A DNA stretch of 64,000 bases from an uncultured delta proteobacterium (GTDB lineage: Bacteria; Myxococcota_A; Polyangia; Polyangiales; Polyangiaceae). Position numbers and translations under genes: made by a program. Shown piece by piece: positions 27,406 through 38,495 of this stretch (its first letter is position 1; each line of letters opens with the position of its first letter). The stretch spans positions 3,168,001-3,232,000 of the forward strand of contig CAWAIF010000003.1 of assembly GCA_963782055.1 (NCBI GenBank), given 5' to 3'. The notes under the pieces were generated by a model that saw only the letters and a program-made list of their open reading frames with translations, made no database searches and was not told the origin of the DNA.

Positions 27406-29366
27406 GCCGCGACGTGCTCGCCGAGGAAGCGCAGCACGTGGCCGTACCAGGCGCGCGCGTTCTCCGGCCTCAGGATCCAGTGGTTCTCGTCCGGGAAGAC
27501 CACGAGCTCGCTCGGCACGCGGTGGGCCTGCAGCCACTCGAAGAGGATGAGCGCCTCCGAGATGGGCACGCGGTAGTCCTTCTCGCCGTGCAGGACGAGG
27601 GTGGGGGTCTTCCACGCGCCGACGAAGCGGTGAGGGGAGTGCTTCTCGAACTGCGCGCGGTCCACCCACGGGGAGGTGCCCAGCTCGACGTTGAACCAGG
27701 TGCCGTAGTCGCTCGCGCCGAACATGGCCTCGAAGTGGAAGATGCTGGCGTGGGTGACGAGGGCCCGGAAGCGGTCGGTGTGGCCGCCGATCCAGTTCAT
27801 CATGTAGCCGCCGAAGGACCCGCCCATCGCGGCGATGCGGGCGCCGTCGAGGTCCGGCCGCTTCACGACGGCGTCGGTGACGCACATGAGGTCGTCGTAG
27901 CACTGCGCCCCCCACGAGTTCTTCCAGATGCCCTCGACGAAGGCCTGGCCGTAGCCGGTGGACCCGCGCGGGTTGGGCAGCACGACGGCGTAGCCGGCGT
28001 CGGCGAACACGAGGGCGTTCCACCGCCAGTGCCACACGTCGCCCCACTGGTGGATCGGGCCGCCGTGCACCCAGAGGAGGGGGACGACCTTCGCGGGGGT
28101 GGCGGGGCGCAGGAGATAGGAGTCGACGCGCGCGCCGTCGGTGGAGGTCACGTCGAAGCGCGACACCACCATGCTCCCGGCGTCCTTCGGGTCGAAGCCG
28201 GAGAGACGCGCGAGCAGGCGCGGCTCGGCGCCCTCCTCCGGTTCGAGGGTGAAGGGCTCGGGGGGTTGCAGCAGGGTGTGGCGCACGCCGACGACGTGGC
28301 CCTGGCGGGTGACGGCGAGCCCCTCGTGCGTCCCGCCCGCGGACTCGGCGGTGACGCGGGTGATGGTGTCCTTCGCGGTGTCCACGACGTAGACCGGGAC
28401 GTGGCCCTCGGCGTCGGCGCTGGCGACCAGGTGCGTCTCGTCGAGGAAGGCCTGAGGGACGGGCCAGCCGTCGAAGTGCTTGCAGAGTACACGGACCTCG
28501 CCGCCCTCCACGTCGGCCAGGGTGAGCTCGCGGGGGCCGTGCGCCTCGGGGGAGCGGGTGTTGCGGCTGAGGGCGACGGTGCGTCCGCTGGGCGAGAAGA
28601 CCGGCGACTCCCCGTTGGTGCGCGGCTTGCGAGCCAGCACGCGCGAGGCGCCGGTCTTCAGGTCGAAGACGCGCGGGTAGGTGTCGAGGAGGCGATCGTC
28701 GGCGAGGGAGGCCTCCGTGACGACGGCCCTGGTGCCGTCGCGCGAGACATCGAAGCTCACGTCCCCGCGGTACTGGCGGTCGGCGTCGGGCGTGAGATCG
28801 CGCCGCCCCTTGCCCTGCGCGTCGTACGCGATGACGTGCGGCGCGGCCCGGCCGAGCCACTGGTCCCAGTGGCGCACCGGGGTGTGGGTATAGTGCAGGT
28901 CGGTCGGGCCCTTCTTCGCGAGGTCCTTCGCCCGGGCGCGCTGCTCGTCGTGTGGCACCCCGGGGAGGACCTCCGCCAGCACGCAGAGGGCGTCGCCGTC
29001 GGCGGCGAACTGGAAGGCGAGGACGCCCAGCGGCTCGTCGGTGAGGGGGAAGGGCTCGCCCCCGGTCGCGCGAAGGATCCACACCTGATCGCGGCGGTCC
29101 TCCTTGCCGTCACCGTCGGTGGGGCGGTCGGAGAGGAAGCCCAGGGCGCCGTCGCGCCGGAAGGAGGGTGCGCGATCGCGGTGCTTGCCCCGGGTGAGCT
29201 GGACCGGCGCGCCGCCGTCCAGCGGCACGCGCCAGAGCTCGGTCGTGTATTTCTGCTCCTCCGCGTCGAGGCGCGAGACGGGCACCGCGACCCAGGTGCC
29301 GTCGGGGGAGGGGACGGCGGCGCCGACGCGCCCGAGGTCGAGCAAGCGATCGATCGTGAAGGCCAT
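27402..29366 (-). CDS. S9 family (prolyl oligopeptidase/acylaminoacyl peptidase) serine peptidase
   Basis: WD40/PD40-like propeller repeats (SPDG), VHGGP, NPRGSTGYG, GGSFGG nucleophile, HGEKDYRV and FPDENH. Confidence 0.93.
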   Translation of the reverse strand: MAFTIDRLLDLGRVGAAVPSPDGTWVAVPVSRLDAEEQKYTTELWRVPLDGGAPVQLTRGKHRDRAPSFRRDGALGFLSDRPTDGDGKEDRRDQVWILRATGGEPFPLTDEPLGVLAFQFAADGDALCVLAEVLPGVPHDEQRARAKDLAKKGPTDLHYTHTPVRHWDQWLGRAAPHVIAYDAQGKGRRDLTPDADRQYRGDVSFDVSRDGTRAVVTEASLADDRLLDTYPRVFDLKTGASRVLARKPRTNGESPVFSPSGRTVALSRNTRSPEAHGPRELTLADVEGGEVRVLCKHFDGWPVPQAFLDETHLVASADAEGHVPVYVVDTAKDTITRVTAESAGGTHEGLAVTRQGHVVGVRHTLLQPPEPFTLEPEEGAEPRLLARLSGFDPKDAGSMVVSRFDVTSTDGARVDSYLLRPATPAKVVPLLWVHGGPIHQWGDVWHWRWNALVFADAGYAVVLPNPRGSTGYGQAFVEGIWKNSWGAQCYDDLMCVTDAVVKRPDLDGARIAAMGGSFGGYMMNWIGGHTDRFRALVTHASIFHFEAMFGASDYGTWFNVELGTSPWVDRAQFEKHSPHRFVGAWKTPTLVLHGEKDYRVPISEALILFEWLQAHRVPSELVVFPDENHWILRPENARAWYGHVLRFLGEHVAA

Positions 29367-29509
29367 GGCGCGGAAGGATAGCCGAAAGGGCCGCGCCCGC
29401 GCCCCCTCCACGAATTCCCCGCGAAACGCGTCATTGCACGCGTGCTAGCAGTCGCTCGGGCGACGCCCGCGGGCGGGGGGAGAGCCGGCCCGGGGCGGGC
29501 GTTCCTCCC

Positions 29510-30706
29510 TCAGAAGAGGCGGGCGATGGTGTCGTCGGCCAGGACCCAGGCGCGCGCAGGGATCCGGAGCGTGCCGCCGTCGCGGGTGAGCCGGCCTCGC
29601 TCGATCAGACGGGCCACCTCGGCCTCGCGCTCGCGTGTCCACGGCGCGATCCCGAGATCGACGCCCGCGGCGTCGAGGTCGACGCCCTCCGCGGTGCGGA
29701 GGCCGAGCATGATGCGTTCGCGGAGCAAGGCGGCCGCGTCCAGGGGCTCCGTGGACGCGGCCGCGGTCCCCTGCGCCATGTACTTCGCGGGGTCCGGCGG
29801 GTTGCGCCAGCGGACGCCGCCGGAATCGTTTCGAACGAATCCGTAGGCGGCGCACCCGAGCCCCAGGTACTCCTCCCCACGCCAGTACCCGAGGTTGTGT
29901 CGCGCCTCCTCCCCCTGCACGGCGTAGTTGGAGATCTCGTAGTGCCCGAACCCGCGCGAGGCGAGGGTGTCCTCGATGGCAGCGAAACCCTCGGCCACCG
30001 CGCCGTCGTCGGCGAGCGGCAGTCGGCCACGCCGCGCCAGCTCGCCGAAGCGCGTGCCCGGCTCGATGGTGAGCTGGTAGCAGGAGAGGTGCCGGAGGCC
30101 CAGATCGGCAAGAAACGAGGCCTGGGCGCGCGCGTCGTCGGGCGACTGGCCGGGCAGGCCGAAGATGATGTCGGTCGAGACGCGCGGCAGGTCGGAGGCG
30201 AGCGCGTCGCGAACGGCGTCGAGGGCGCCCTCGGGGTCGTGAAGCCGGCCGAGGAAGTCGAGCTGCTCCGGGCGGAGGGACTGCGTGCCGATGGAGACGC
30301 GGTTCACGCCCACGGCCGCGAGCGCGTCCGCACGCGCCCGGTCGAAGGAGGTGGGGTTGCACTCCACCGTCACCTCCAGGTCGGAAGATATATTCAAACG
30401 ATTTTTTAGGGCGCCGAGGACGCGCCCGAGCGCGTCCGGCGACCAGAGGCTGGGGGTGCCGCCCCCGAAGAAGACGCTGGCCACCGTCCGGCCAGAGAAG
30501 GTCGCAGCGCGCGCGTCCAGCTCCCGGATCACCGCGTCGGCGTAGCCCTCGTGATCGATGGCGTCCCGGGGCTTCGCGTAAGACACGAAGTCGCAGTACG
30601 GGCACTTCGCCAGGCACCACGGAAAGTGCACGTAGACGGACGCCCGCCTGGGTGACGAGGCACCGGCGCACGCGCCGGCAGAGCCAGCCTCGGTGGAGCG
30701 AATCAC
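29510..30706 (-). CDS. hemW: Radical SAM heme chaperone HemW (HemN-like)
   Basis: YVHFPWCLAKCPYCDF, FFGGGTPS, YEISNY and HNLGYW (HNxxYW). Exact start uncertain. Confidence 0.88.
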   Translation of the reverse strand: MIRSTEAGSAGACAGASSPRRASVYVHFPWCLAKCPYCDFVSYAKPRDAIDHEGYADAVIRELDARAATFSGRTVASVFFGGGTPSLWSPDALGRVLGALKNRLNISSDLEVTVECNPTSFDRARADALAAVGVNRVSIGTQSLRPEQLDFLGRLHDPEGALDAVRDALASDLPRVSTDIIFGLPGQSPDDARAQASFLADLGLRHLSCYQLTIEPGTRFGELARRGRLPLADDGAVAEGFAAIEDTLASRGFGHYEISNYAVQGEEARHNLGYWRGEEYLGLGCAAYGFVRNDSGGVRWRNPPDPAKYMAQGTAAASTEPLDAAALLRERIMLGLRTAEGVDLDAAGVDLGIAPWTREREAEVARLIERGRLTRDGGTLRIPARAWVLADDTIARLF

Positions 30707-30823
30707 GGGGGGAGGCTAGCACCGCGCTGTGTCCGCGACCCTCCTCGTCCACCAGACTCCATGGCCCTGCCAGGAGCGCAGCCGCCCTGTCCCCCCTGTC
30801 CCCCCTCCCTGTCCCCGGACACC

Positions 30824-30861
30824 AAACGTCGAACTGCGAGCAGGCTAGCACTTCGACGTTT
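30824..30861. promoter_or_regulatory. Perfect 10-bp inverted repeat in the hemW/marR divergent intergenic region (candidate operator)
   Basis: AAACGTCGAA-N18-TTCGACGTTT. Confidence 0.5.
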
Positions 30862-30915
30862 CGCCGGGTTTCTGCGGGGAGGGGGGGTGGCATGGGAGGT
30901 GCTCTGGGGGGTGGG

Positions 30916-31512
30916 ATGGATCCTGTGTTCTTCACGATCAAGCGGGCCTATTACGCGACGCTCAGGCTGACGCGGCGGGCGCTCCGGGCGATCGGGCTCA
31001 CGCCGGCACGCTACGACCTGCTCGATGCGCTCTACCGGCTCGGCACGGGCTGCGTTCACCTGCAGAGCCACCTTCGACGCGGGCTCGGCGTGGCGCGGTC
31101 GACCATCAGCCGGATGATGCGGTCGCTCGAGCAGCTGGGGCTGGTGACCCGACGGCGCGACGGGCGCGATTGCGTCGTCGCGCTCACGCCGGAGGGGCGT
31201 CGCCGCGTCCGCCGCGCCTTCTTCGGGCTGGTGCTCGTCGGGCACGTCGGGCTCGCCCTCGACGGCGCGCTCGCGCCCGGCGAGCGCCGGTGGCCGGCGG
31301 CGCGGGCGTGCGCGAGAGCCCGCAGGCACCTCGAAGTGCTCTGCATGCGCATCCGCCTCGGCTTCGGCGACGAGGCCACCCTCGACCGGCTCACCGAGCA
31401 CGGGTTCTGGGTCCTCCGGGCCGACGAACGGGCGCGCCGCGCACGGGCGCGCCGGGAGCACCACCGGCGCCAGCTCGACCGTGCGGGTTCGGCCACCGCC
31501 TCGCCGGGGTGA
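30916..31512 (+). CDS. MarR family winged-helix transcriptional regulator
   Basis: GLTPARYDLL...LGVARSTISRMMRSLEQLGLVTRRRDGRD...LTPEG. Confidence 0.78.
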   Translation: MDPVFFTIKRAYYATLRLTRRALRAIGLTPARYDLLDALYRLGTGCVHLQSHLRRGLGVARSTISRMMRSLEQLGLVTRRRDGRDCVVALTPEGRRRVRRAFFGLVLVGHVGLALDGALAPGERRWPAARACARARRHLEVLCMRIRLGFGDEATLDRLTEHGFWVLRADERARRARARREHHRRQLDRAGSATASPG

Positions 31513-31739
31513 GCCCTGAACGTCGTTTCAAACGAATAAATCGGCTGGCTGGCGGCTCCAGGGACGGCAGCCCGCGCCGGCGGCGGGCACCCCCCCAAAC
31601 CACCTCACCCACCAGGCGGCGGCAGCTTCCACCCCCCCCCGCCCACGGCCCGGCGCAGGCTGTGCAATTGCCCTGCCAATTTGCCGGTGTTACGTTCTTG
31701 TGCCCGTGTTTTTCCTCGCGGGAACGTCCAACGACACGA

Positions 31740-33902
31740 ATGCTCCAGGCAGATGACATCGTCCAGCGCGTGATGGCCTACCAGCCGTCCGCCGACGCCG
31801 CCCTCATTCAGCGGGCGTACGACTACAGCTTCAAGGCTCACTCCGGCCAGCTGCGGAAGTCAGGCGATCCTTACTTCGTACACCCCGCCAGCGTCGCCGG
31901 GATCATCACCGAGCTGCGACTGGACACGGCGAGCATCTGCGCCGGCCTCCTCCACGATGTCGTGGAGGACACGCTCGCGACCACCAAGGACATCGAGAAG
32001 GAGTTCGGCGCGGAGATCGCCACGCTGGTCGACGGCGTCACCAAGCTCAGCAAGATCAACTTCACCTCCAAGGAGGACCGCCAGGCGGAGAACTTCCGCA
32101 AGATGGTGGTGGCGATGGCGCGCGACATCCGCGTGCTGCTCGTCAAGCTGTGCGACCGCGTGGACAACATGCGCACCCTCCAGCACATGAAGCCGGAGGC
32201 GCAGGAGCGCATCGCCCGCGAGACGATGGAGATCTACGCGCCGCTCGCCAACCGCCTCGGCATGCAGGCCTTCAAGAGCGAGCTGGAGGACCTCTCCTTC
32301 CGGTACCTCGAGCCGCAGGCGTACGAGGACCTGTCCAGCCAGGTCGCCACCACCAAGCGCGAGCGCGACCGCTACATCACCGACGTCTGCAAGACCCTCT
32401 CCAGCCGCCTCGCCGAGCAGGGCTTCGCCGCCGACGTGACCGGCCGCGCGAAGCACCTGTATTCCATCTGGCGCAAGATGAAGGCGCAGGACTGCGGGCT
32501 CGATCAGATCCACGACGCCATCGCCTTCCGCGTGCTGGTCGAGAGCGTGAGCGACTGCTACGCGGTGCTGGGCGTCATCCACTCCAAGTGGGTGCCCGTG
32601 CCCGGCCGCTTCAAGGACTACGTCGCCCTGCCCAAGCCCAACATGTACCAGTCGCTCCACACGACGGTCATCGGCCCCGGGCGCGAGCGCATCGAGATCC
32701 AGATCCGCACCCACGAGATGCACCGCGTGGCCGAGCGCGGTATCGCCGCGCACTGGAAGTACAAGGAGCGCACCGGCGGCATCGCCGAGAGCGACGCCCA
32801 GAAGTTTGGCTGGCTGCGCCAGCTCATGGAGTGGCAGAAGGACCTGAAGGACCCCGCGGAGTTCCTCGAGGGCGTCAAGGTCGATCTCTTCCAGGACGAG
32901 GTCTACGTCTTCACCCCCAAGGGCGACGTGCGCGTGTTCCCGCGCGGGTCGACGCCCGTCGACTTCGCCTACGCCATCCACTCCCAGCTCGGCGAGCACA
33001 TCACCGGTGCGCGGGTGAACGGCAAGCTGGAGCCCCTGCGTTACAAGCTCAAGAGCGGGGACGTGGTCGACATCGTCACGGGCAACAACCAGCACCCCTC
33101 CAAGGAGTGGATGGACTTCGTCGTCTCCACGCGCGCGCGCGCCAAGATCCGCAACTACCTGCGCGCCGCGGAGCGGGAGAAGTCCCTGCGCCTCGGGCGC
33201 GAACTGCTGGAGCGCGAGCTCCACAAGGCCGGCGTCTCCCTCTCCAAGCTCATCAAGAACGACGCCGAGATGCAGAAGGTCCTGGAGGGCGCGCGCGTCG
33301 GCTCGCAGGAGGAGCTCTTCGTCCTCACCGGCTACGGCAAGGTCTCTCCCCAGGACGTCCTGGACGTCGTCGCCCCCAAGAGCCAGGACGACCGCCTCAC
33401 CCCGCCGCCCCCGCAGATCCGCGAGGGCCGCATCGAGACGCTGGTCCGCAAGGTCACCGGCAAGGACGACGGCGGAATTCGTTTGAATGGAATCGACGAC
33501 GTCCTCGTCCGGTATGCGCGGTGCTGCAACCCGCTGCCCGGCGACGACATCCTCGGCTTCATCACCCGCGGCCGCGGCCTCACCATCCACCGCCGCGGCT
33601 GCCCCAAGGCCTTCGACACCGATCCCGAGCGGCGCGTGGAGATCACCTGGGACACCCGGGCCAAGATCAACCGCGCCGTGCAGCTCCGCGTCGTCACCGC
33701 CAACCGGCCGGGCATCCTGGCCACCGTCGGGCAGACCTTCAGCGCCCAGGGCATCAACATCAGCGAGGCCAACTGCCGGGCCGGCGACGACGGCCGCGCG
33801 GTCAACGTGTTCACCTTCCTGTGCAGCGATCTGGACCAGCTCAAGGGCGTGATGCGCGCCCTGCAGAAGGTCCAGGGCGTCGTGCAGGTGGACCGCGCGT
33901 AG
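31740..33902 (+). CDS. rel: Bifunctional (p)ppGpp synthetase/hydrolase (long RSH)
   Basis: HD hydrolase [12 protein letters not shown]...LLHDVVED, synthetase RFKDY...YQSLH...EIQIRT, TGS, CC zinc-finger and ACT domains. Confidence 0.97.
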   Translation: MLQADDIVQRVMAYQPSADAALIQRAYDYSFKAHSGQLRKSGDPYFVHPASVAGIITELRLDTASICAGLLHDVVEDTLATTKDIEKEFGAEIATLVDGVTKLSKINFTSKEDRQAENFRKMVVAMARDIRVLLVKLCDRVDNMRTLQHMKPEAQERIARETMEIYAPLANRLGMQAFKSELEDLSFRYLEPQAYEDLSSQVATTKRERDRYITDVCKTLSSRLAEQGFAADVTGRAKHLYSIWRKMKAQDCGLDQIHDAIAFRVLVESVSDCYAVLGVIHSKWVPVPGRFKDYVALPKPNMYQSLHTTVIGPGRERIEIQIRTHEMHRVAERGIAAHWKYKERTGGIAESDAQKFGWLRQLMEWQKDLKDPAEFLEGVKVDLFQDEVYVFTPKGDVRVFPRGSTPVDFAYAIHSQLGEHITGARVNGKLEPLRYKLKSGDVVDIVTGNNQHPSKEWMDFVVSTRARAKIRNYLRAAEREKSLRLGRELLERELHKAGVSLSKLIKNDAEMQKVLEGARVGSQEELFVLTGYGKVSPQDVLDVVAPKSQDDRLTPPPPQIREGRIETLVRKVTGKDDGGIRLNGIDDVLVRYARCCNPLPGDDILGFITRGRGLTIHRRGCPKAFDTDPERRVEITWDTRAKINRAVQLRVVTANRPGILATVGQTFSAQGINISEANCRAGDDGRAVNVFTFLCSDLDQLKGVMRALQKVQGVVQVDRA

Positions 33903-33906
33903 CCCC

Positions 33907-35262
33907 ATGGCCGTCACCATCGTGGGCGCCGGGCTCGCCGGCTGCGAGGCCGCCTTCCAGCTCGCCGAGCGCGGCGTCGACGTCGTGCTCGTGGAGCAGA
34001 AGCCCCACGCCCGCACCCCCGCGCAGACGAGCGACTGGCTCTGCGAGCTGGTGTGCTCCAACTCCATGCGCGGCGCCGCCCTCGGCAACGCCGTCGGCCT
34101 GCTCAAGGAGGAGCTGCGGCGCGCCGGGTCCCTCGTGCTGCGCTGCGCCGACGCCGCCCGCGTGCCCGCCGGCGGCGCGCTCGCCGTCGACCGCGACGTC
34201 TTCGCCGAGAAGGTGACGCGCGCCATCGAGAGTCACCCGCGCGTCCGCGTCGAGCACCGCGTGGTCGAGCGCATCCCCGACGCGAGCCCCGAGGCGCCGG
34301 TGATCCTCGCGACGGGCCCGCTCACCGGCGACGCGCTGGCGGCGGACATCGCGCGCGTCGTCGGCGCCAAGCACCTGGCGTACTACGACGCCATCGCGCC
34401 CATCATCGCCGCGGACTCCATCGACGAGTCGAAGGTGTACCGCAAGTCGCGCTACGACAAGGGCGACGCCGACTACATCAACTGCCCGATGGACGAGGCG
34501 CAGTACCGCGGCTTCGTGCGCGCCATCCTGGAGGCGAAGAAGGTGGAGCCGCGCAGCTTCGAGGACGTGCGCTACTTCGAGGGCTGCCTGCCCATCGAGG
34601 TGATGGCCTCGCGCGGGGAGCTGACGCTGGCCTTCGGCCCGATGAAGCCCGTGGGGCTGGAGGATCCGCGCACCGGCACCCGCCCCTTCGCCGTCGTGCA
34701 GCTCCGGCAGGAGGACGAGGCGGCGACGGCGTACAACATGGTCGGCTTCCAGACGCGCATGACGTACCCGGAGCAGCTCCGCGTCTTCCGCACCATCCCG
34801 GGGCTGGAGGAGGCGGAGCTCCAGCGCTATGGCAGCGTGCACCGCAACACCTTCGTCCACGCGCCCGCCGCGCTGGACGATCGCATGCAGCTCCAGGCGC
34901 GGCCAGGGGTCTTCCTCGCCGGGCAGATCACCGGCGTGGAGGGCTACGTGGAGAGCTGCGCCGGCGGGATGCTGTGCGCGCTCATGCTGGCGCGCTCGCT
35001 GCGCGGCGAGCCGGTGCTGCGCCCTCCACCGACGACCGCGCTCGGCGGCATCCTCGCGCACCTCTCCCGCCCCAGCGCCGACTACCAGCCGTCCAACATC
35101 ACCTGGGCGCACGTGGCGCCGCTGCCCGGGCGGCGCAAGAAGCGCGAGCGCTACGAGGCCATGGCCGAGCGCGCCCTGGCCGACCTCGCGCCCTGGCTCC
35201 GGCAACTTTCCATTGCCGGGCCCAGCCCCGTCACGATAACAGAGGGGCGTGGGATCGCGTAA
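33907..35262 (+). CDS. trmFO: FADH2-dependent tRNA (uracil-54-C5) methyltransferase
   Basis: [41 protein letters not shown] and [10 protein letters not shown]. Confidence 0.96.
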   Translation: MAVTIVGAGLAGCEAAFQLAERGVDVVLVEQKPHARTPAQTSDWLCELVCSNSMRGAALGNAVGLLKEELRRAGSLVLRCADAARVPAGGALAVDRDVFAEKVTRAIESHPRVRVEHRVVERIPDASPEAPVILATGPLTGDALAADIARVVGAKHLAYYDAIAPIIAADSIDESKVYRKSRYDKGDADYINCPMDEAQYRGFVRAILEAKKVEPRSFEDVRYFEGCLPIEVMASRGELTLAFGPMKPVGLEDPRTGTRPFAVVQLRQEDEAATAYNMVGFQTRMTYPEQLRVFRTIPGLEEAELQRYGSVHRNTFVHAPAALDDRMQLQARPGVFLAGQITGVEGYVESCAGGMLCALMLARSLRGEPVLRPPPTTALGGILAHLSRPSADYQPSNITWAHVAPLPGRRKKRERYEAMAERALADLAPWLRQLSIAGPSPVTITEGRGIA

Positions 35263-35896
35263 ACAGGCCCGCGCCGCCGGCCCGGCCGCGGGGCCGTCGA
35301 AGAAGCGCGCGGCCGCCGGGCAGGGGGACGAGGTCGGCGCCGCCGAGCTCGGCAGGCGCGTGGCGGAGAACCTGCGGCACCGCCGCAAGGTGCTGGGCAT
35401 GTCGCTCGACGACCTGGCCCGCTCCTCCGGCGTGAGCCGCGCCGCGCTCTCGCAGATCGAGACGTGCAAGAGCAACCCGACGGTGGGTCTGCTGTGGAAG
35501 ATCGCGGTCGGCCTGGGCGTGCCCTTCGCCGAGCTCATCGGCGCGCCGGTCAAGGGCACGGTGAGCATCCTGCGGCGCGGTGACGCCCAGGTGCTGCGCT
35601 CCACCGACGGCAAGCTGGAGAGCAGGCCGCTCGCGCCGGCGGGGGTCTCGCCGCTGGTGGAGGTCTACGAGCTGCGGCTGCTGGCGCGCTCGTCGCACCA
35701 GGCGGAGGCCCACGCCCCCGGCACGCACGAGATCGTCGTCGTGCTGAGCGGCGTGCTCCGCATGCGCGTCGGCGAGGAGCTCCACGAGCTCGGCCCGGGC
35801 GACACCATCTCCTTCGCCGCCGACGGCCCGCACGCCTACGAGAACCCCGGCGGCTCCGAGGCCCGCTACCAGGACATCATCATCTACGAGCGCTGA
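35249..35896 (+). CDS. XRE-family HTH regulator with C-terminal cupin
   Basis: [21 protein letters not shown]...NPT, plus cupin [17 protein letters not shown]. Confidence 0.9.
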   Translation: MGSRKQARAAGPAAGPSKKRAAAGQGDEVGAAELGRRVAENLRHRRKVLGMSLDDLARSSGVSRAALSQIETCKSNPTVGLLWKIAVGLGVPFAELIGAPVKGTVSILRRGDAQVLRSTDGKLESRPLAPAGVSPLVEVYELRLLARSSHQAEAHAPGTHEIVVVLSGVLRMRVGEELHELGPGDTISFAADGPHAYENPGGSEARYQDIIIYER

Positions 35897-36795
35897 CGCT
35901 CGCGGACGAACGGCATCCCTTGACGGGTCAATCGTTCGCTCGCGGTCCGCACCGCGAGCGCGCCCGCGTCCAGGCCCACCGCCCTGCGCCCGTGCGTCGC
36001 CGCGGCGACCAACGTCGTGCCCGACCCGCAGAAGGGGTCCACCACCAGCGCGCCGGGCTCGCTCGACGCGCGCACGATCCGCTCCAGCAGCTTGAGCGGC
36101 TTCTGCGTGGGGTAGCCCGTCGCCTCGCGCCGCAGCGGCGTGTTGGCGCTCATCGCCGGGCAATCGGTCCAGACGCTCCCCAGCGCACGGCCCTCGTCGG
36201 CGTAGTAGCGGTACGTCTTGCCGCGAACGACGCGGTCGCGGTAGGCGCGGCCGTCGTCGTCGCGCGACTGGAAGTGCATGTCCAGGCTGGTGGGGGCGAA
36301 GGGCTCGCGCAGCACGGGGTCGCGCGCGTTCCACACCATCTCACCGGTGCGCGAGTAGACGAGCAGCGTCTGGTGGGTGACGCCGGGGCCGCGCCGCGCC
36401 TTGGAGCCGTTGCCCGGCGTCCAGATCACCTCCCCGGCGAAGCGCGCGCGGCCGAAGACCGCGTCGCAGGCCGCCTTCGCCTCGTGGACCGCGCGGTGGT
36501 CGAGGTGCAGCCACATCGCGCCGCGCTCGGAGAGGGCGTCGCGCACCACCTCCAGCCGGGCGGTGAGCCACGCGATGTACGCCTCCAGGCTGGGCCAGCG
36601 GTCGTCGTAGGCCGCCGGCCCGGCGGCGCGGGCCTGCCCGGCGCGCACGCGCGCGCCGAAGCGCACGCCCACCGCGAAGGGCGGATCGAGGTAGGCGAGC
36701 TGCGCCGAGCCCGCGCGCACGTACTCCCCGAGGCGAAGCGCATCCGCGCGCGCCAGGAGGACGTCAGCGGTGGGACGAAGCGACGGTCTGGGCAT
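35884..36795 (-). CDS. Orphan N4-C/N6-A DNA methyltransferase (beta class)
   Basis: Motif IV YLDPPF precedes YPTQKP and motif I DPFCGSGTT. Confidence 0.88.
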   Translation of the reverse strand: MPRPSLRPTADVLLARADALRLGEYVRAGSAQLAYLDPPFAVGVRFGARVRAGQARAAGPAAYDDRWPSLEAYIAWLTARLEVVRDALSERGAMWLHLDHRAVHEAKAACDAVFGRARFAGEVIWTPGNGSKARRGPGVTHQTLLVYSRTGEMVWNARDPVLREPFAPTSLDMHFQSRDDDGRAYRDRVVRGKTYRYYADEGRALGSVWTDCPAMSANTPLRREATGYPTQKPLKLLERIVRASSEPGALVVDPFCGSGTTLVAAATHGRRAVGLDAGALAVRTASERLTRQGMPFVRERQRS

Positions 36796-37613
36796 CGGCG
36801 CCGATGGGCTCGAGGAGCGCCATGACGAGATCATCCACCGAGTCCGCGGGCGGCGGCCTGGGTGGCAGGGCGAGCCACGGGCGCACCGGGCCGAAGGGCT
36901 CGCATCCCTCGTTGACGTCTTCCCGGCTGCAGGTGGTGCGCACGTGGATGTGGTCGTCGTGGAGTCCGCCCGGGTGCGGCTCCAGCATGACCTGGCTCGC
37001 CCGCCACACCAGGTCCGCCGGCTCGCCGCGCGCCTCCGCCCAGCGGAGCATCAGCGCCTTGACGTTGTGGTGGATGAAGATCCACTGCACGCGCGCGTCG
37101 GGGTCCTCCAGCAGCGCCTTGACGAGCAGCCACTCGCGCTCGATGTCGAAGCGCACGTAGCGGTGATGGGTCTCGTCCCACGCCAGGCCGTCGGCGCCCA
37201 CCTTGAGGAAGCCGTGATCGGGGACCGGCGCGCCGTCCAGGGTCGTCAGGTAGAAGATCGAGATCGCCGTCGCGCCCGGCGCGGTGGGAGAAGTGCGGCA
37301 GGAGCCGCCCGCCGGTGCGCGTGGAGAAATCCCCCAGCACCAGCGAGCTGCCCGGCCGCTCCTCCTCCACGCGGGCGGCGGCCCGCTCCACCGCCTCGGC
37401 GAAGCGGGGCAGCGCCCAGTGGCGATTGTCGTGACGCAGGAAGTGGAAGCCGGAGCCGGTGAGGGGGAGCTCCTCGCCGCCCACCAGCACCCCCCGGTGC
37501 GTCATCCCGACCAATCCGTGCGCGCCGGGCCAGAGGGGCGAGGGCACGTCGCTGCAGCCCGCCGAGGCGAGAGCAAGGGCCAGGAGCCCACCCATCGCGG
37601 TCGCACGGCACAT
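36764..37613 (-). pseudogene. MepA-like penicillin-insensitive murein endopeptidase lipoprotein with an apparent +1 frameshift near 37260 (possibly a sequencing error)
   Basis: 5' frame: lipobox SAGC, GDFS..GG, HFSHRAGRD. 3' frame continues IFYLTT...HDDHIHVR (LAS-family HxH). Confidence 0.75.
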
Positions 37614-37697
37614 CGAGGATGTGGCTTAGCACACGCCCTCCGCGCTTGTCAGGAGAACGGGGAAGCGCGCCGGCCGCGGGGGCGTAAGATGAGGGCG

Positions 37698-38492
37698 ATG
37701 CGCGCGTCCGCTGTCTGTCTCGTCGGCCTCTCCGCCCTCTCCCTGACGCTCGCCGGGTGCAAGCTCCCGGGGCACCACTCCGCCGACGGCGGCACCTCCG
37801 GGCCGAGCATCCTCTCCACGCTCGCCTCGCTGGTCGGCTTCGAGGGCGAGATCGAGGCGGACATCAAGACCTCGCTCGGAGGCGCGTCCGGCACGCCGGC
37901 CCTGCCGCCCATGAAGATGACCTTCAAGATCAAGGGCGACAAGCTGCGGATGGAGCTCGGCGGGTCGGGCTCCTTCGGGATGACGACGTTGATCGATGGC
38001 AGCGCGCACAAGTCCTACACGCTGTTCGACACGACGCACACGTACACCGAGACGGACCTGGACGCGGCGAAGAAGGCCGCGGCGGCCACCGGCACCTCCG
38101 CCACGCCGCCGCCCAAGTCGGTGGTGAAGGACACGGGCAAGAGCGACACCATCGCCGGCTACTCGTGCGAGGTGTGGTCGATCACCGAGCCGACGACGGG
38201 CACCCGCACCGAGACGTGCGTGGCGCGCGGCATGACCTTCCTCGGCCTGGGCGCCGGGCCCTTCAGCGCGCTCGCCGGCACCGACGACGGCTGGGGGCAG
38301 GTGATGGCGCACGGTTTCCCCCTGCGCATCGACACCTACACGCGCACCGGCGGGCTGGTCATGCGCATGGAGGCGACGCACATCGAGAAGAAGAAGGAGG
38401 CCGACTCGCTCTTCGAGGTGCCGCCGGGCTACAGGAAGGCCCGCACCCCCTACGGCGGCCCGCCGCCGACGTACGGCGGCGGGAGCCTGTGA
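37698..38492 (+). CDS. DUF4412-like lipoprotein
   Basis: Lipobox LAGC. FEGEI, TGKSDTIAGYSCE, GFPLR and SLFEVPPGY. Confidence 0.78.
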   Translation: MRASAVCLVGLSALSLTLAGCKLPGHHSADGGTSGPSILSTLASLVGFEGEIEADIKTSLGGASGTPALPPMKMTFKIKGDKLRMELGGSGSFGMTTLIDGSAHKSYTLFDTTHTYTETDLDAAKKAAAATGTSATPPPKSVVKDTGKSDTIAGYSCEVWSITEPTTGTRTETCVARGMTFLGLGAGPFSALAGTDDGWGQVMAHGFPLRIDTYTRTGGLVMRMEATHIEKKKEADSLFEVPPGYRKARTPYGGPPPTYGGGSL

Positions 38493-38495
38493 GGG

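Noticed and set aside
35884..36795. Restriction-modification or defence island
   Set aside because: No endonuclease or other defence genes are adjacent, and composition matches the core genome.
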